Below, piece by piece: positions 46,184 to 56,341 of a stretch of DNA of 64,000 nucleotides. Source of the DNA: an uncultured Candidatus Saccharibacteria bacterium (GTDB lineage Bacteria > Patescibacteriota > Minisyncoccia > Phycocordibacterales > UBA918). Position 1 is the first letter of the stretch, and every line of letters starts with the position of its first letter. A program made the translations under genes and the position numbers. Below the pieces are notes generated by a model, which saw only the letters and a list, made by a program, of their open reading frames with translations, did not search any database and was not told the DNA's origin. The stretch is taken from positions 3,882-67,881 of the forward strand of contig CAZXUO010000004.1 of the NCBI GenBank assembly GCA_964643955.1, in the 5' to 3' direction.

Positions 46184-46792
46184 CTATTTATATACTTCGT
46201 CGATGATGCCGTACTTCTTTGCTTCGTCTGCAGTCATGAAGAAGTCGCGGTCAACATCTTTTTCAATCTGAGCGAGGGTCTTACCCGTTGCTTTTGCGAG
46301 CATCTTGTTGAGACGATCGCGCGTTGCGAGGATGTGTCGCGCAGTGATCTCAATGTCAGACGCCTGACCTTGTGCGCCGCCGAGTGGCTGATGGATCATC
46401 ACTTCGGCGTTGGGAAGCGCAAAACGCTTTCCCTTTGCGCCTTGCGAGAGGACGAGCGCTCCGCCTGAGGCAGCCATACCGACTACGACCGTCGCTACGT
46501 CCGGCTTCACGTGATGCATCGTGTCGATCATCGCGAGTGTCGAAGAGACGCTACCTCCAGGAGAGTTGATGTAGAGGAAGATGTCTTTCTTTGGATCCTC
46601 AGCCTCAAGGAAGAGCAGCTGTGCGACTACGAGGTTTGCAATGTGATCGTCGATTGGGCCGGTGAGGAAAATGATGCGTTCTTTGAGGAGGCGCGAGAAG
46701 ATATCGAACGCGCGCTCGCCGAACTGCGTCTTCTCAATGACCATCGGCACTAATTGTGCCGTGATTGGTGTGTGTGTTTCTTGGTTTTTCAT
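46184..46792 (-). CDS. clpP: ATP-dependent Clp protease proteolytic subunit
   Basis: ...[47 protein letters not shown]... ClpP signature. Confidence 0.95.
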   Translation of the reverse strand: MKNQETHTPITAQLVPMVIEKTQFGERAFDIFSRLLKERIIFLTGPIDDHIANLVVAQLLFLEAEDPKKDIFLYINSPGGSVSSTLAMIDTMHHVKPDVATVVVGMAASGGALVLSQGAKGKRFALPNAEVMIHQPLGGAQGQASDIEITARHILATRDRLNKMLAKATGKTLAQIEKDVDRDFFMTADEAKKYGIIDEVYK

Positions 46793-46880
46793 ACGGCCGC
46801 ATCATAGCAGATTTTTGGATGTTTGTAATATGGATCCCTTTTTGTATACTGCGAGCAGAAACGTTTTTGGGGAGGCATTC

Positions 46881-47198
46881 ATGTCGGCACTTTGGGAGAT
46901 GGTGCTCGCGTTTGGTCTTCTCGCGGCACTCGCGTTGTTCATATATGTTGGGGGCCTTACGCTCCTTCTACTTTTCGGAAATGAATACGCATATCGGCGA
47001 AATTGGGAGCTCTTGAAAATCATCAAGAAACTTCATCAAGGACATGTCGACAGAGATTCTCCGGAATACGCGCAGTTGCTCAATTTTCAGGAAGAAGGTG
47101 TCGTGCGGATGTATCCGCTCATCGATACGAGTACGAATCAGTGGGTCGTACGCGCCTCGCTCACACGGAGCGCGGTAGCAGAGGTCTTTTGGAGGTAG
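46881..47198 (+). CDS. Small hypothetical membrane protein
   Basis: ATG with gggagg SD; one TM; terminator at 47203-47240. Confidence 0.35.
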   Translation: MSALWEMVLAFGLLAALALFIYVGGLTLLLLFGNEYAYRRNWELLKIIKKLHQGHVDRDSPEYAQLLNFQEEGVVRMYPLIDTSTNQWVVRASLTRSAVAEVFWR

Positions 47199-47251
47199 AC
47201 GAAAAACCGGTGGGCGCGCATGCGCGCCCACCGGTTCTTCTGTGTCTGAGT

Positions 47252-48340
47252 TTACGCAGAGAGCTCTTCGAGCATTTTCATCACGGCGTCGTTCGTCATC
47301 ATTGATTCAACGTAGATGCGAACTCGTTCCGGGTCGGCATCTTTGTAGTGTGTCATGAGGTGTCCGACTTCTGCTTGTACTGCCACGTCAGGAACGGTGA
47401 TTTCCTCACGCTTGGCGATTTCTGCGAGGATGAGCTGCAGCTTCGCACGCTTTTCAGCAGATGGCGTCCACTCTTTGATCAAATCCTCACGCGTCTTCTT
47501 GGTGTGCGCGAGATAATCGTCGATCTTGAGGTTTGCACGCACGAGGTCTTGTTCCATTTGTCCAAACATCTGACCGAGCTCAGCATCAATCAATACTTGT
47601 GGAAGATCGATGGCACTCTTTTCGATGACGGCATCGGTAATTGCGGCGCGGTGCTTTGAGGCGACTTCTTTTTTCTTTTCAATTTCAAGATGCTCGCGGA
47701 GCTTCGCTTTGAATGCAGCAACTGAATCAAACTCGCCAAGTGTCTTTACGTACTCGTCAGTGAGCTCAGGAACAGCGGGCTCCTTTTCGTCTTCGACAGT
47801 TTCCGGAGTGGGGAGTCTCTGGCCGTCTTTATTGGCGGCAGCTTTCTTTTGGAGGCGTTCGTATGCGATTTTCTGTCGCTGAATGTTTGCGATCGCTTCG
47901 TCGAGCTCCGTCTCGCTTACGGTCTCTGGATCACGCGCAATGTCTTTGGCGATTTTTTTGTAGTCGGGAAGGGTGATAGTCGGTACGATTGCGACGCGCG
48001 CAGTAAAGGTGAAGGGGTTTTCAGGCGCGAGTTTGGTGATTGAGATTGCGGGGCGGCCGATCGCATCAATCTTATGCTCTTTGATGATCTCCGGATACGC
48101 GACTGCGAGTGCTCGCTCTGCCATTTCGGAGAGGAGGCCCATCTCGCCAATACGTTCAACGAGAACTTTTTCGGAAACATGTCCTTTGCGGAAGCCATCG
48201 ATTGAGACGTCTTTCCCGAGAGCTGCAAGTGCAGCTGCTCGAAATTGGGTAAGTTCTGCAAACGGAATCTCTCCTTCAATGCGCACAACCGAACGCTCTT
48301 CGGGCGTCACGGTGGCGGTATAACGTACTGTTTTAGCCAT
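47252..48340 (-). CDS. tig: Trigger factor
   Basis: MAKTVRYTATVTPEE..., ribosome-binding GFRKGHVSEK motif; tig-clpP synteny. Confidence 0.85.
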   Translation of the reverse strand: MAKTVRYTATVTPEERSVVRIEGEIPFAELTQFRAAALAALGKDVSIDGFRKGHVSEKVLVERIGEMGLLSEMAERALAVAYPEIIKEHKIDAIGRPAISITKLAPENPFTFTARVAIVPTITLPDYKKIAKDIARDPETVSETELDEAIANIQRQKIAYERLQKKAAANKDGQRLPTPETVEDEKEPAVPELTDEYVKTLGEFDSVAAFKAKLREHLEIEKKKEVASKHRAAITDAVIEKSAIDLPQVLIDAELGQMFGQMEQDLVRANLKIDDYLAHTKKTREDLIKEWTPSAEKRAKLQLILAEIAKREEITVPDVAVQAEVGHLMTHYKDADPERVRIYVESMMTNDAVMKMLEELSA

Positions 48341-48420
48341 AGTTTGCCTAGTGTACACGCGATCGGCTGCTTTGCAACAAAAAGACGCGCGCCCTTTGGG
48401 CGCGCGTCTTTTTTATCATC

Positions 48421-48822
48421 TTATTGCGCTTGTGCCTCTGCGCCGATCTCTGTGTCGATGGTATTGAGCTCTTGGTCAAGGGAATTGACGTCGGTCATGT
48501 TGAGCTCAGCTTCGATAGTGTCAATTTCGTCTGGTGGGCTTGGAGGAATCGGTGTCGTTTCTTCGGTTGTCATTGGCGCAGCAACCTCTTCTTGCATCTG
48601 TTCGTCAGAGAGTGATGCTCCCCAAAGGTAGAGTCCGCCAAGGACGAGGGCGACAATTACGATGACAACACCAAGAATAGTACCGAGATGTGAGCGTGGT
48701 GCCGGTGGCATAGCAGGAGGTACGGATGTTTGCGTGGGCGCTGGTGCAGGCGTAGGTGCTGGGGGAGGAGTTTGTGGTGCTCCAGTAACAGGCGGCTGCG
48801 GACTCTGCATGTTTGGTTCCAT
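48421..48822 (-). CDS. Hypothetical membrane protein (Pro-rich, one TM, acidic C-terminus)
   Basis: ORF with start at MEPNMQ; no domain recognised. Confidence 0.3.
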   Translation of the reverse strand: MEPNMQSPQPPVTGAPQTPPPAPTPAPAPTQTSVPPAMPPAPRSHLGTILGVVIVIVALVLGGLYLWGASLSDEQMQEEVAAPMTTEETTPIPPSPPDEIDTIEAELNMTDVNSLDQELNTIDTEIGAEAQAQ

Positions 48823-48832
48823 AGATGATGAA

Positions 48833-49588
48833 TTAGTTAGTTGGCGTAGTAGTTGATGCGTCGTTTGAGACTGCAGCGCTCGCACCACGCTCAAGTCCCG
48901 CTTCCATGACAGCTTCTTTGAGCGCTGCAACCGACGTGCGAAGTAATGCATGCGCTTCCTTGATCAGCGTATGCACGGCAGCAAATTGTGCGCGTGCCTC
49001 TGCCCAGTCTTCTTTTGGAGTTTCTGATGTTGCGGCATACTCCACATCAGTGTCGATGCCGGCAAGTGCGGCAAGTGCTTCTTCAAGCTTGGCGCGCGCT
49101 TCCTCAAGTGCTGCTTCAGCATCGGTCGTGTCGACGCCACGCTCTTCGAGCGTAGCCATGCGTACATCGAGTCGATCAGCGAGGTCTTGGAGTCGGCTGA
49201 TCGTCTTTGTAATACGCTCTTTTACATTTCCGGAAAGCATTTTCATGCGCTCTTGCATCTGGCCGCTCAAAGCCGCGCGCTTTTCAGCGATGCGTGCTTG
49301 TATCTCAGTGCGCTTTTCTTCAATCATTCCTGCGCGCTCGGTTTTGAATGTCTCAAGGCGCGTCTTCCACTCTTCCTTGCGCGCCTCAAGCTGCGCGCGC
49401 ATCTCTGCGGTTGTCGTCGGTCGATTCTCTGGCGGCATCATGCCAGCCTGCCCACGAAACATGCCGGGACGCGCAGGTGGCGTGCTCGTGCTCTGTGCGT
49501 ATGCACTAGTGCTCAATAAAAGCGCACCGAGGCCGAAGAGGGTGGCCGCGATACGCGCGAGTCGGATATTAGTTTTTGTCGATGTCAT
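48833..49588 (-). CDS. Secreted coiled-coil hypothetical protein
   Basis: Signal peptide (start at MTSTKTNIRLARIAATLFGLGALLLSTSAYAQ), long E/R/A-rich helices. Confidence 0.35.
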   Translation of the reverse strand: MTSTKTNIRLARIAATLFGLGALLLSTSAYAQSTSTPPARPGMFRGQAGMMPPENRPTTTAEMRAQLEARKEEWKTRLETFKTERAGMIEEKRTEIQARIAEKRAALSGQMQERMKMLSGNVKERITKTISRLQDLADRLDVRMATLEERGVDTTDAEAALEEARAKLEEALAALAGIDTDVEYAATSETPKEDWAEARAQFAAVHTLIKEAHALLRTSVAALKEAVMEAGLERGASAAVSNDASTTTPTN

Positions 49589-49696
49589 ACAATTAAATTC
49601 GTTCTTACTAAAAATAAGGGCACCACATTCCCTTGTGCATAAAGTATAACCCCGATGCGTTTTGCATCGGGGTGTACTGTACACAGGAGTGGATGA

Positions 49697-49906
49697 TTAT
49701 TGCTGAACGAAAGGTTTTGCGAAGAGTCCTTCTCGGTGTGCTTCAGCGCTTGCGCGCGCAGATCCCCACAAGAAGAGTCCTGCGAGTGCGATGGCGAGCA
49801 GTACCATGACGACGCCGATGAGTGGGCCGAGAAAGACCGGATCTTTTTCGAGTGCTTCGCCTGAGGGAGTGAGGAAATCTTCGTGTCGTTTTGCGTCGTC
49901 TTCCAT
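49697..49906 (-). CDS. Small membrane protein
   Basis: Single TM (LIGVVMVLLAIALAGLFLW); upstream ORF extension overlaps a terminator hairpin, so shorter start chosen. Confidence 0.3.
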   Translation of the reverse strand: MEDDAKRHEDFLTPSGEALEKDPVFLGPLIGVVMVLLAIALAGLFLWGSARASAEAHREGLFAKPFVQQ

Positions 49907-50007
49907 AGAAAATGCGTATGCGGCGATTAAGCGTGTATGAAGGATAGTATAAAACCACCAGCGCATATGCGCTGGTGGTTTTATACACAGCCCCGTACGG
50001 GCCCTTC

Positions 50008-50538
50008 TTAGGCTGTCTTTGGGAATTTACCTGCGTAGAGTGTCTTACTTTCGGCAAATGCAGCATGTGCTGCGGCCTTATCTTCAATACCCGAGACGAT
50101 CACTTCTTTGTTTTGTACTTTCTTGTAGGTGCTGAAGAAATGTTCGAGCTCCTTGAGTGTGTGCGGGTTGATATCGCTCTTATCTTTTACCGTGTCCCAG
50201 CGTGGGTCTTCGGTTGGTACGGCGATGATCTTGTCGTCGCTGTCGCCACCATCAACCATCTTAAGAAGTGCAACGGCGCGTGCGCGAACGAGGATACCGG
50301 GTGCGAGTGGGTGCGTCGTGAGGAGGATTACGTCGAGTGCATCATCGTCATGCCAGAGTGTCTGAGGGACAAAACCATAATCAAAAGGGTAGTCCTGCGA
50401 AGAGTGCATCACGCGGTCGAGCGCGATCATGCCGGTCTCCTTGTCGATCTCGTACTTATTCTTTGAGTACTTTGGAATTTCAATGATGACATTCATCTTG
50501 TCTTCAGTTCCTGGTGCAATATCGTGCCAAAGGTTCAT
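50008..50538 (-). CDS. ppa: Inorganic pyrophosphatase (family I)
   Basis: ...IIEIPKYSKNKYEIDKETG...DYGFVP...DDDALDV... PPase signature. Confidence 0.9.
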   Translation of the reverse strand: MNLWHDIAPGTEDKMNVIIEIPKYSKNKYEIDKETGMIALDRVMHSSQDYPFDYGFVPQTLWHDDDALDVILLTTHPLAPGILVRARAVALLKMVDGGDSDDKIIAVPTEDPRWDTVKDKSDINPHTLKELEHFFSTYKKVQNKEVIVSGIEDKAAAHAAFAESKTLYAGKFPKTA

Positions 50539-50563
50539 GATAGGTGATGATTAGATGTGGTAA

Positions 50564-51841
50564 CTAGTCTTTCTTTTCCTCGCTCTCTTCGCTTGATGCG
50601 GTAAGTACTTCCTCTGGTGCTTTTGGAGCTGCGTCAGCCTTGAGGACTTCAACATTTTCTCCGTCAGCTTCTGCGAGCGTGTCGCCGTGCGCTGAGACGA
50701 TGTCGAGCTTCCAGCCCGTGAGCTTTGCAGCGAGACGTACATTTTGTCCGCCGCGACCGATTGCGAGTGACTGTTGGTCAGGCGCAACTTCAACCGTCGC
50801 GCGTGGGCGCGTATCTTCTGCTGAAGCATCTGCCTCGAGAAGCTTCACCGAGAGTACTTGTGCAGGTGAGAGTGCATCTTCGATAAATTCTGCATCATTG
50901 TTTGACCACTCGATGATGTCGATTTTTTCTCCGCCGAGTTCGCTCATGACGGTTGAGACGCGTACGCCGCGCTGTCCGACGAGTGACCCGACCGGATCAA
51001 TGTGCGAATCGTGTGAGAAGACTGCCACCTTTGAGCGTGAACCTGCTTCACGCGCGACTGCCTTGATCTCGATCGTGCCATTTTGGAGCTCAGGTGCTTC
51101 AATCGCAAAGAGCTTTGCAAGAAATTCTGGATGTGAGCGTGAGAGCTTGAGGAAAATACCGCGTGGTGTTTCCTCTACCTTCACGAGCAGTACGCGAATA
51201 CGCTCTCCGGGGCGATAGCGCTCTCCGGGGATCTGCTCATCGTACGGCATGATGCCGGTTACGCGGCCGAGGTCGATGTAGAGGTTGCCGCGTTCGAAGC
51301 GCTGTACGTGTCCGATGACAATATCGCCTTCTTTTTGGCCATATTCTGAGAGGGCTGATTCTTTTTCAGCCTCGCGAATCTTCTGGATGATGACCTGTTT
51401 TGCGGTCTGGGCAGCGATGCGGCCGAAGTCATCTCGAGAATCGAGGGGGAACACAAGCTCTTCCCCGAGCTGTGCGCCTTTCTTGATGCGCCGAGCATCG
51501 TCGATCATGATGTGCTTTTCAGGGTCAAAGCGCACGCGAACGCCCTCCTTGATAGCAGGTTCGTCGTCGCGCTCCTTGTGGTGGTCGGGTACAACCTCCT
51601 CTTCGCCGTCTTCCTCAAGGCGAACCATGCTCTCATCGACGATGATTTTGATCTGATTAAAGGTGGCCGTACCGGTCGTCATATCAAAATGCGCTCGGAC
51701 TATCTGTCCGCGCTTACCGTACTCTTTCTTATAGGCAGTTGCGAGTGCTTGTTCCACTGCGTCAATCATCTTTTCGCGTGGAATGCCGCGCTCCTGCTCC
51801 ATTTGGTCGAGTACTGAATGTATTACCTTAAGGTCAAACAT
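50564..51841 (-). CDS. nusA: Transcription termination/antitermination factor NusA
   Basis: N-terminal domain, S1 and two KH domains; acidic tail. Confidence 0.9.
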   Translation of the reverse strand: MFDLKVIHSVLDQMEQERGIPREKMIDAVEQALATAYKKEYGKRGQIVRAHFDMTTGTATFNQIKIIVDESMVRLEEDGEEEVVPDHHKERDDEPAIKEGVRVRFDPEKHIMIDDARRIKKGAQLGEELVFPLDSRDDFGRIAAQTAKQVIIQKIREAEKESALSEYGQKEGDIVIGHVQRFERGNLYIDLGRVTGIMPYDEQIPGERYRPGERIRVLLVKVEETPRGIFLKLSRSHPEFLAKLFAIEAPELQNGTIEIKAVAREAGSRSKVAVFSHDSHIDPVGSLVGQRGVRVSTVMSELGGEKIDIIEWSNNDAEFIEDALSPAQVLSVKLLEADASAEDTRPRATVEVAPDQQSLAIGRGGQNVRLAAKLTGWKLDIVSAHGDTLAEADGENVEVLKADAAPKAPEEVLTASSEESEEKKD

Positions 51842-51968
51842 ATATAGGTTTTAAGCCATTTTTTACTAAAAAATGCCGGCTGGGAATGCCGACATCCGTG
51901 GATAAATATGAGTATACGCTAAAAATCAGGGCTGTCAAAAGGGGCTGGGAGGAGTATAGTACTGCCAT

Positions 51969-52595
51969 ATGGATTCCGACCGCACCAAAGCTTTTAAAGA
52001 GCAGCTGCGAAGAGACATGTATCCTGAAACGCTCGGTGATTTTCATCACAATATTATTAAAGAGCGGGCGCCTTATTTTGCGCGTACGTACTGTACGGCA
52101 GGTGGTCGGATCCTCGATGTTGGCTGCGGGACCGGTATTGCGCTTGAGATTTTCCGAGATCTAGGCTTTTCTGCGACTGGAGTCGAGCTTGGTGAAGAGG
52201 ATTATGGGGTGTGCGTACAAAAGGGGTTGTCGGTAGAGCGCGTCGACATGCACGAGATGACGTTTCCTGACGAGTCGTTTGATGCTATTTGGTGTCGGCA
52301 TACCCTTGAGCATAGCTTCATGCCGTTTTTCCTGCTTGCAGAGTTTAATCGGATGCTTCCAGTAGGAGGGGTCGTCTATATAGAAGTGCCGGTGTTTGGA
52401 ACGGATGCTCATCATGAGGATAATCCAAATCACTACTCATGTATGACCCCTGCAGTCCTTGAGAAACTCCTTGGGCGGGCGCATTTTGATATTCTCGAGC
52501 ACAATGCCCTCACTTTTGGCGTTGAGCATGGTGGTATGGACCAGTACCAACTCTTTATTGTTCGAAAGAAAGATAATTTTTACGGCTCAAAATAA
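51969..52595 (+). CDS. Class I SAM-dependent methyltransferase
   Basis: ILDVGCGTGIALE motif I. Confidence 0.7.
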   Translation: MDSDRTKAFKEQLRRDMYPETLGDFHHNIIKERAPYFARTYCTAGGRILDVGCGTGIALEIFRDLGFSATGVELGEEDYGVCVQKGLSVERVDMHEMTFPDESFDAIWCRHTLEHSFMPFFLLAEFNRMLPVGGVVYIEVPVFGTDAHHEDNPNHYSCMTPAVLEKLLGRAHFDILEHNALTFGVEHGGMDQYQLFIVRKKDNFYGSK

Positions 52596-52642
52596 AGCTT
52601 TTATAAGAAAATGCCGGGGAGCGAACGCTCCCCGGCAGGGCC

Positions 52643-53197
52643 TCAGAAGAATTCTTGCCGAATTATTCTTGGGTAGAGTACTTTTTCGGCCTCCTGGATA
52701 CTCCTGCGAAGGCTTTGTACCGTGTCGCTTCTATATATAAGTACATGTTTCTGGGACACTATCTTGCCGGTGTCCATCCCTTCGTCTACGTAGTGGATGG
52801 TGCACCCAGTGTAGTAGTCGTATGCCCTGAGCACTTCCTCAATTGCATTTAGTCCCGGATAGAGGGGAAGAAGCGAAGGATGGACGTTGAGGACGCGACC
52901 ACTCACTGCTTCGAGCGCAGGACGCGCGAGGAGCGTGCGGTAGCCGGCGAGCGCCACGCACGAGATGCCGTACTCGCGGAAGCGTTCAGCGAGCGCGGCG
53001 CTGTGCGCGCGGCGGTCGAACGTCCCTTTTTGGAAGTATCCTTCACGCGGCACGAGTACGACGGGGATACCGAGACTCTTTGCGACGTCCGCCGCGCGAC
53101 AGTATCGATCGATCACCACAAGCGTGATGGTTACCTTTTTGTGTATGTCAGGGATCAATGTCCCTTTTCCTGATGCACACACCGCAAGTTGTTTCAT
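52643..53197 (-). CDS. Formyltransferase family protein (PurN-like)
   Basis: NVHPSLLP and HYVDEGMDTGKII motifs; start at MKQLAV. Confidence 0.7.
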   Translation of the reverse strand: MKQLAVCASGKGTLIPDIHKKVTITLVVIDRYCRAADVAKSLGIPVVLVPREGYFQKGTFDRRAHSAALAERFREYGISCVALAGYRTLLARPALEAVSGRVLNVHPSLLPLYPGLNAIEEVLRAYDYYTGCTIHYVDEGMDTGKIVSQKHVLIYRSDTVQSLRRSIQEAEKVLYPRIIRQEFF

Positions 53198-53349
53198 GTC
53201 GTCCCCCAAGAAGTTCTTTTCCGCGAGAAAGTATGCACGCAGGTGATGCATGATGCAAATTATTTTTATTACACAGCGCGTGTAATAAAAAATGATGCGC
53301 GCGCGCTATACTATGAATACGTTTACCGGAGGTAATAATTTTTTACGCT

Positions 53350-55104
53350 GTGGTGCGCATTCAAGATGCACAACTGAAGCGGTTTGTCATTGATGCGGGT
53401 CTCGTGACTCGCAAGGACATTGATGCGGCTGAAGAAGCTGCAAAGGAAAGTGGTAAGTCACTTGCCGATACGCTCGTCAACAACGGCTCGCTCACTGAAG
53501 ATGATTTGCGCCGCATCGAGTCGTACATTCTCGGCATCCCCTTTATTTCTTTGAAGGACAAGAAGATTGATTTTGATACGCTCGCACTCATCCCTGAGCC
53601 AATTGCGCGTAATCACAACATTATCGCGTTCAAAAAAAGTGCGGATTCTCTCGAGGTCGCCATGCTCGATACCGCCGATCTTTCTGCGATCGACTTTATG
53701 AAGAAGAAGCTTGGTCTCAAGATTCTTCCGCGCCTCACCGACACTGAGTCGATGAAGTCTGCACTCCGTCAGTATCAGAAGACATTGAAGGATGAGTTTG
53801 GTGATCTCATCATCAAAGAATCAGCAGCATTGAAGCTCGTCGATGATGAGAAGGGAGACAACATGTCGAAGGAAGAGCTTGAGAAGATGGCAGAAGATTT
53901 GCCGGTGGTGCGCATCGTCGATACGCTTTTGCGTCACGCGATCATTCAGGGAGCGTCTGACATTCACGTAGAGCCGATGGAAGAAGAGGTGCTCATCAGG
54001 TACCGCATCGACGGCATGCTCCGCGATGCGATGACGCTCCCCAAGCATGCGGCGCCGACGCTTGTTGCGCGCATCAAAGTGCTTTCAAATCTCAAGCTCG
54101 ATGAGAAGCGCTTGCCGCAAGACGGTCGCTTTAAGATGGAGATGGACGGACAAAAAGTTTCGTTTCGTGTGTCGGTGCTTCCGGTCTACAACGGCGAGAA
54201 GATTGTGATGCGTCTCCTTCGCGAGGGTCGCGCAGGGTACACGCTTGAGGGCATTGGTTTTCATGGCGATGGGCTCGAGCGTATCCACGACGCGATGAAC
54301 AAGACAACGGGTATTGTGCTCGTCACCGGTCCGACAGGCTCGGGTAAGACGACGACACTCTACACAATCCTCGATCTCATGAACACGCCCGAGGTCAACA
54401 TCTCGACGATTGAAGATCCGATTGAGTATCAGATTCCGCGCATCAACCAGACGCAGGTGCGTCCGGATATCGGTTTCTCATTTGCAAACGGTTTGCGATC
54501 GCTCATGCGCCAAGACCCTGACATCATCATGGTCGGTGAGATCCGCGACGGAGAGACGGCGTCGCTTGCGATCAACGCGGCGCTTACGGGTCACTCAGTG
54601 CTTGCGACTGTGCACACCAACTCCGCATCAGCGACCGTCGCACGACTCGTCGACATGGGCGTTGAGCCATTCTTGCTTGTGTCGACGCTCTCGGTCGCGA
54701 TCGGCCAGCGTCTCGTACGTAAGCTTTGTGAAAATAAAGAATCATACACGCTCTCCGCAGCAGAGCGTGAAGATCTCGAGAAGCGACTCGATCTCGATCT
54801 CGTACTCAAAGTTTTGAAAGAAGAAAAGAAAGTTCCTGCTGACGCGACGTGGAGCACGGTGCCGTTTTATCGGCCGGTACCAAACGCCGAGTGTGAAGAT
54901 GGATACAAAGGCCGTCTCGGTATTCATGAAATCTTGCCACTCTCTCCCGCAATCAAGGAGATAGTGATCAAGAGCGGTACTGCAGACGACATTGAGAAGC
55001 AGGCGCGCAAGGAGGGGATGATGACAATGATGGAGGACGGTATTTATAAGGCAGCCCTCGGAATAACAACGATCGAGGAAGTGCTGCGTGTTGTATCAGA
55101 ATAA
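53350..55104 (+). CDS. pilB: Type IV pilus assembly ATPase PilB/GspE
   Basis: N-terminal GSPII_E_N domain, Walker A GPTGSGKTTTL, Asp/His boxes, tetracysteine-like C-terminal region. Confidence 0.9.
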   Translation: MVRIQDAQLKRFVIDAGLVTRKDIDAAEEAAKESGKSLADTLVNNGSLTEDDLRRIESYILGIPFISLKDKKIDFDTLALIPEPIARNHNIIAFKKSADSLEVAMLDTADLSAIDFMKKKLGLKILPRLTDTESMKSALRQYQKTLKDEFGDLIIKESAALKLVDDEKGDNMSKEELEKMAEDLPVVRIVDTLLRHAIIQGASDIHVEPMEEEVLIRYRIDGMLRDAMTLPKHAAPTLVARIKVLSNLKLDEKRLPQDGRFKMEMDGQKVSFRVSVLPVYNGEKIVMRLLREGRAGYTLEGIGFHGDGLERIHDAMNKTTGIVLVTGPTGSGKTTTLYTILDLMNTPEVNISTIEDPIEYQIPRINQTQVRPDIGFSFANGLRSLMRQDPDIIMVGEIRDGETASLAINAALTGHSVLATVHTNSASATVARLVDMGVEPFLLVSTLSVAIGQRLVRKLCENKESYTLSAAEREDLEKRLDLDLVLKVLKEEKKVPADATWSTVPFYRPVPNAECEDGYKGRLGIHEILPLSPAIKEIVIKSGTADDIEKQARKEGMMTMMEDGIYKAALGITTIEEVLRVVSE

Positions 55105-55107
55105 TGT

Positions 55108-56334
55108 ATGCCAACATTTATCTATAAAGGGACATTGCCAGACGGAACAGAAGTAACGGAGACCGTCGAAGGGGCAGATCGCTATGCGGCGTACGATCAC
55201 GCGCGTACACTCAACCACACCATCGTCTCGCTCGAAGAAGTGGGTGGCGGCTTCAAGAAGTATTTCAATATGCAGCGCATCAATACGTACCTTGCGCGTG
55301 TGAAGCAGGATGAGGTGGTGATGTTCTCGAGAAATTTGGCTGCAATGCTCCGTGCAGGTCTTGCACTCACGCGCGCACTCTCAGTATCTGAGCGGCAGAC
55401 GAAGAACCTCGCGATGAAAGAAATTCTTCGAAAAGTGCAAAAAGAAATTGAGCAAGGCAAGCAGTTTAATGTTGCGCTCAAAGACTATCCAAAAGCATTT
55501 TCTCCACTCTACGTATCTATGGTGCGCGCGGGTGAGGAGTCAGGAAAGCTCGCTGAAGCACTTGAGACGATCGCGGTACAGCTCCAGCGCGCGTCGACAC
55601 TTCAGAAGAAAGTGCGCGGCGCCATGATGTATCCGGCGATCGTTATACTCGCCATGTTGCTCATCGGTGTGCTCATGATGATCTACGTAGTGCCGACACT
55701 CACTCAGACATTCCGTGAATTAAATGTAGAGCTTCCACTTATTACCAAGATCATCCTCGGCATCAGTGATTTCTTGAGCAACAACACCATCCTCACGTTC
55801 ATCATCATGGCAGCCGCGGTAGGAGGAATTGTCGCGATCTACCGTACACGCATGGGACGTAGGGGATTTGAATGGGCATTTCTCCATATGCCCGTCATTG
55901 GGAATATCGTGAAGGAAACCAATGCAGCACGTACCACACGCACACTCTCGTCGCTCCTCCAGTCAGGCGTGGATGTCGTTTCGGCACTCAAAATCACTGA
56001 GGACGTGGTACAGAACTCGTACTACCGCACAGTGATCGCGAGCGCCGCGCTCAATGTCGAGAAAGGCAAGCCAATGTCAGAAGATTTTTCTGCAAATGAG
56101 CATTTGTATCCGGTACTCGTCGGTGAGATGATGGCAGTGGGCGAGGAGACAGGACAAATCGGCAAGATGCTCCAAGAGATCGCTGACTTTTACGAAGCTG
56201 AGGTGGAGCAGAAGACGAAAGACCTCTCGACCATCATCGAACCGATCCTCATGGTGGTAATCGGTGGCGCAGTCGGCGTATTTGCACTTGCGATGATTTC
56301 ACCAATTTACTCAATATCCGATAGCATCGGGTAA
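55108..56334 (+). CDS. pilC: Type IV pilus platform protein PilC (GspF family)
   Basis: Two GspF repeats, 3 TM; adjacent to pilB. Confidence 0.9.
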   Translation: MPTFIYKGTLPDGTEVTETVEGADRYAAYDHARTLNHTIVSLEEVGGGFKKYFNMQRINTYLARVKQDEVVMFSRNLAAMLRAGLALTRALSVSERQTKNLAMKEILRKVQKEIEQGKQFNVALKDYPKAFSPLYVSMVRAGEESGKLAEALETIAVQLQRASTLQKKVRGAMMYPAIVILAMLLIGVLMMIYVVPTLTQTFRELNVELPLITKIILGISDFLSNNTILTFIIMAAAVGGIVAIYRTRMGRRGFEWAFLHMPVIGNIVKETNAARTTRTLSSLLQSGVDVVSALKITEDVVQNSYYRTVIASAALNVEKGKPMSEDFSANEHLYPVLVGEMMAVGEETGQIGKMLQEIADFYEAEVEQKTKDLSTIIEPILMVVIGGAVGVFALAMISPIYSISDSIG

Positions 56335-56341
56335 TACACCT

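Noticed and set aside
48906-51218. Plus-strand ORFs 48906-49649 and 50640-51218
   Set aside because: Antisense to the secreted coiled-coil protein and to nusA; low complexity.
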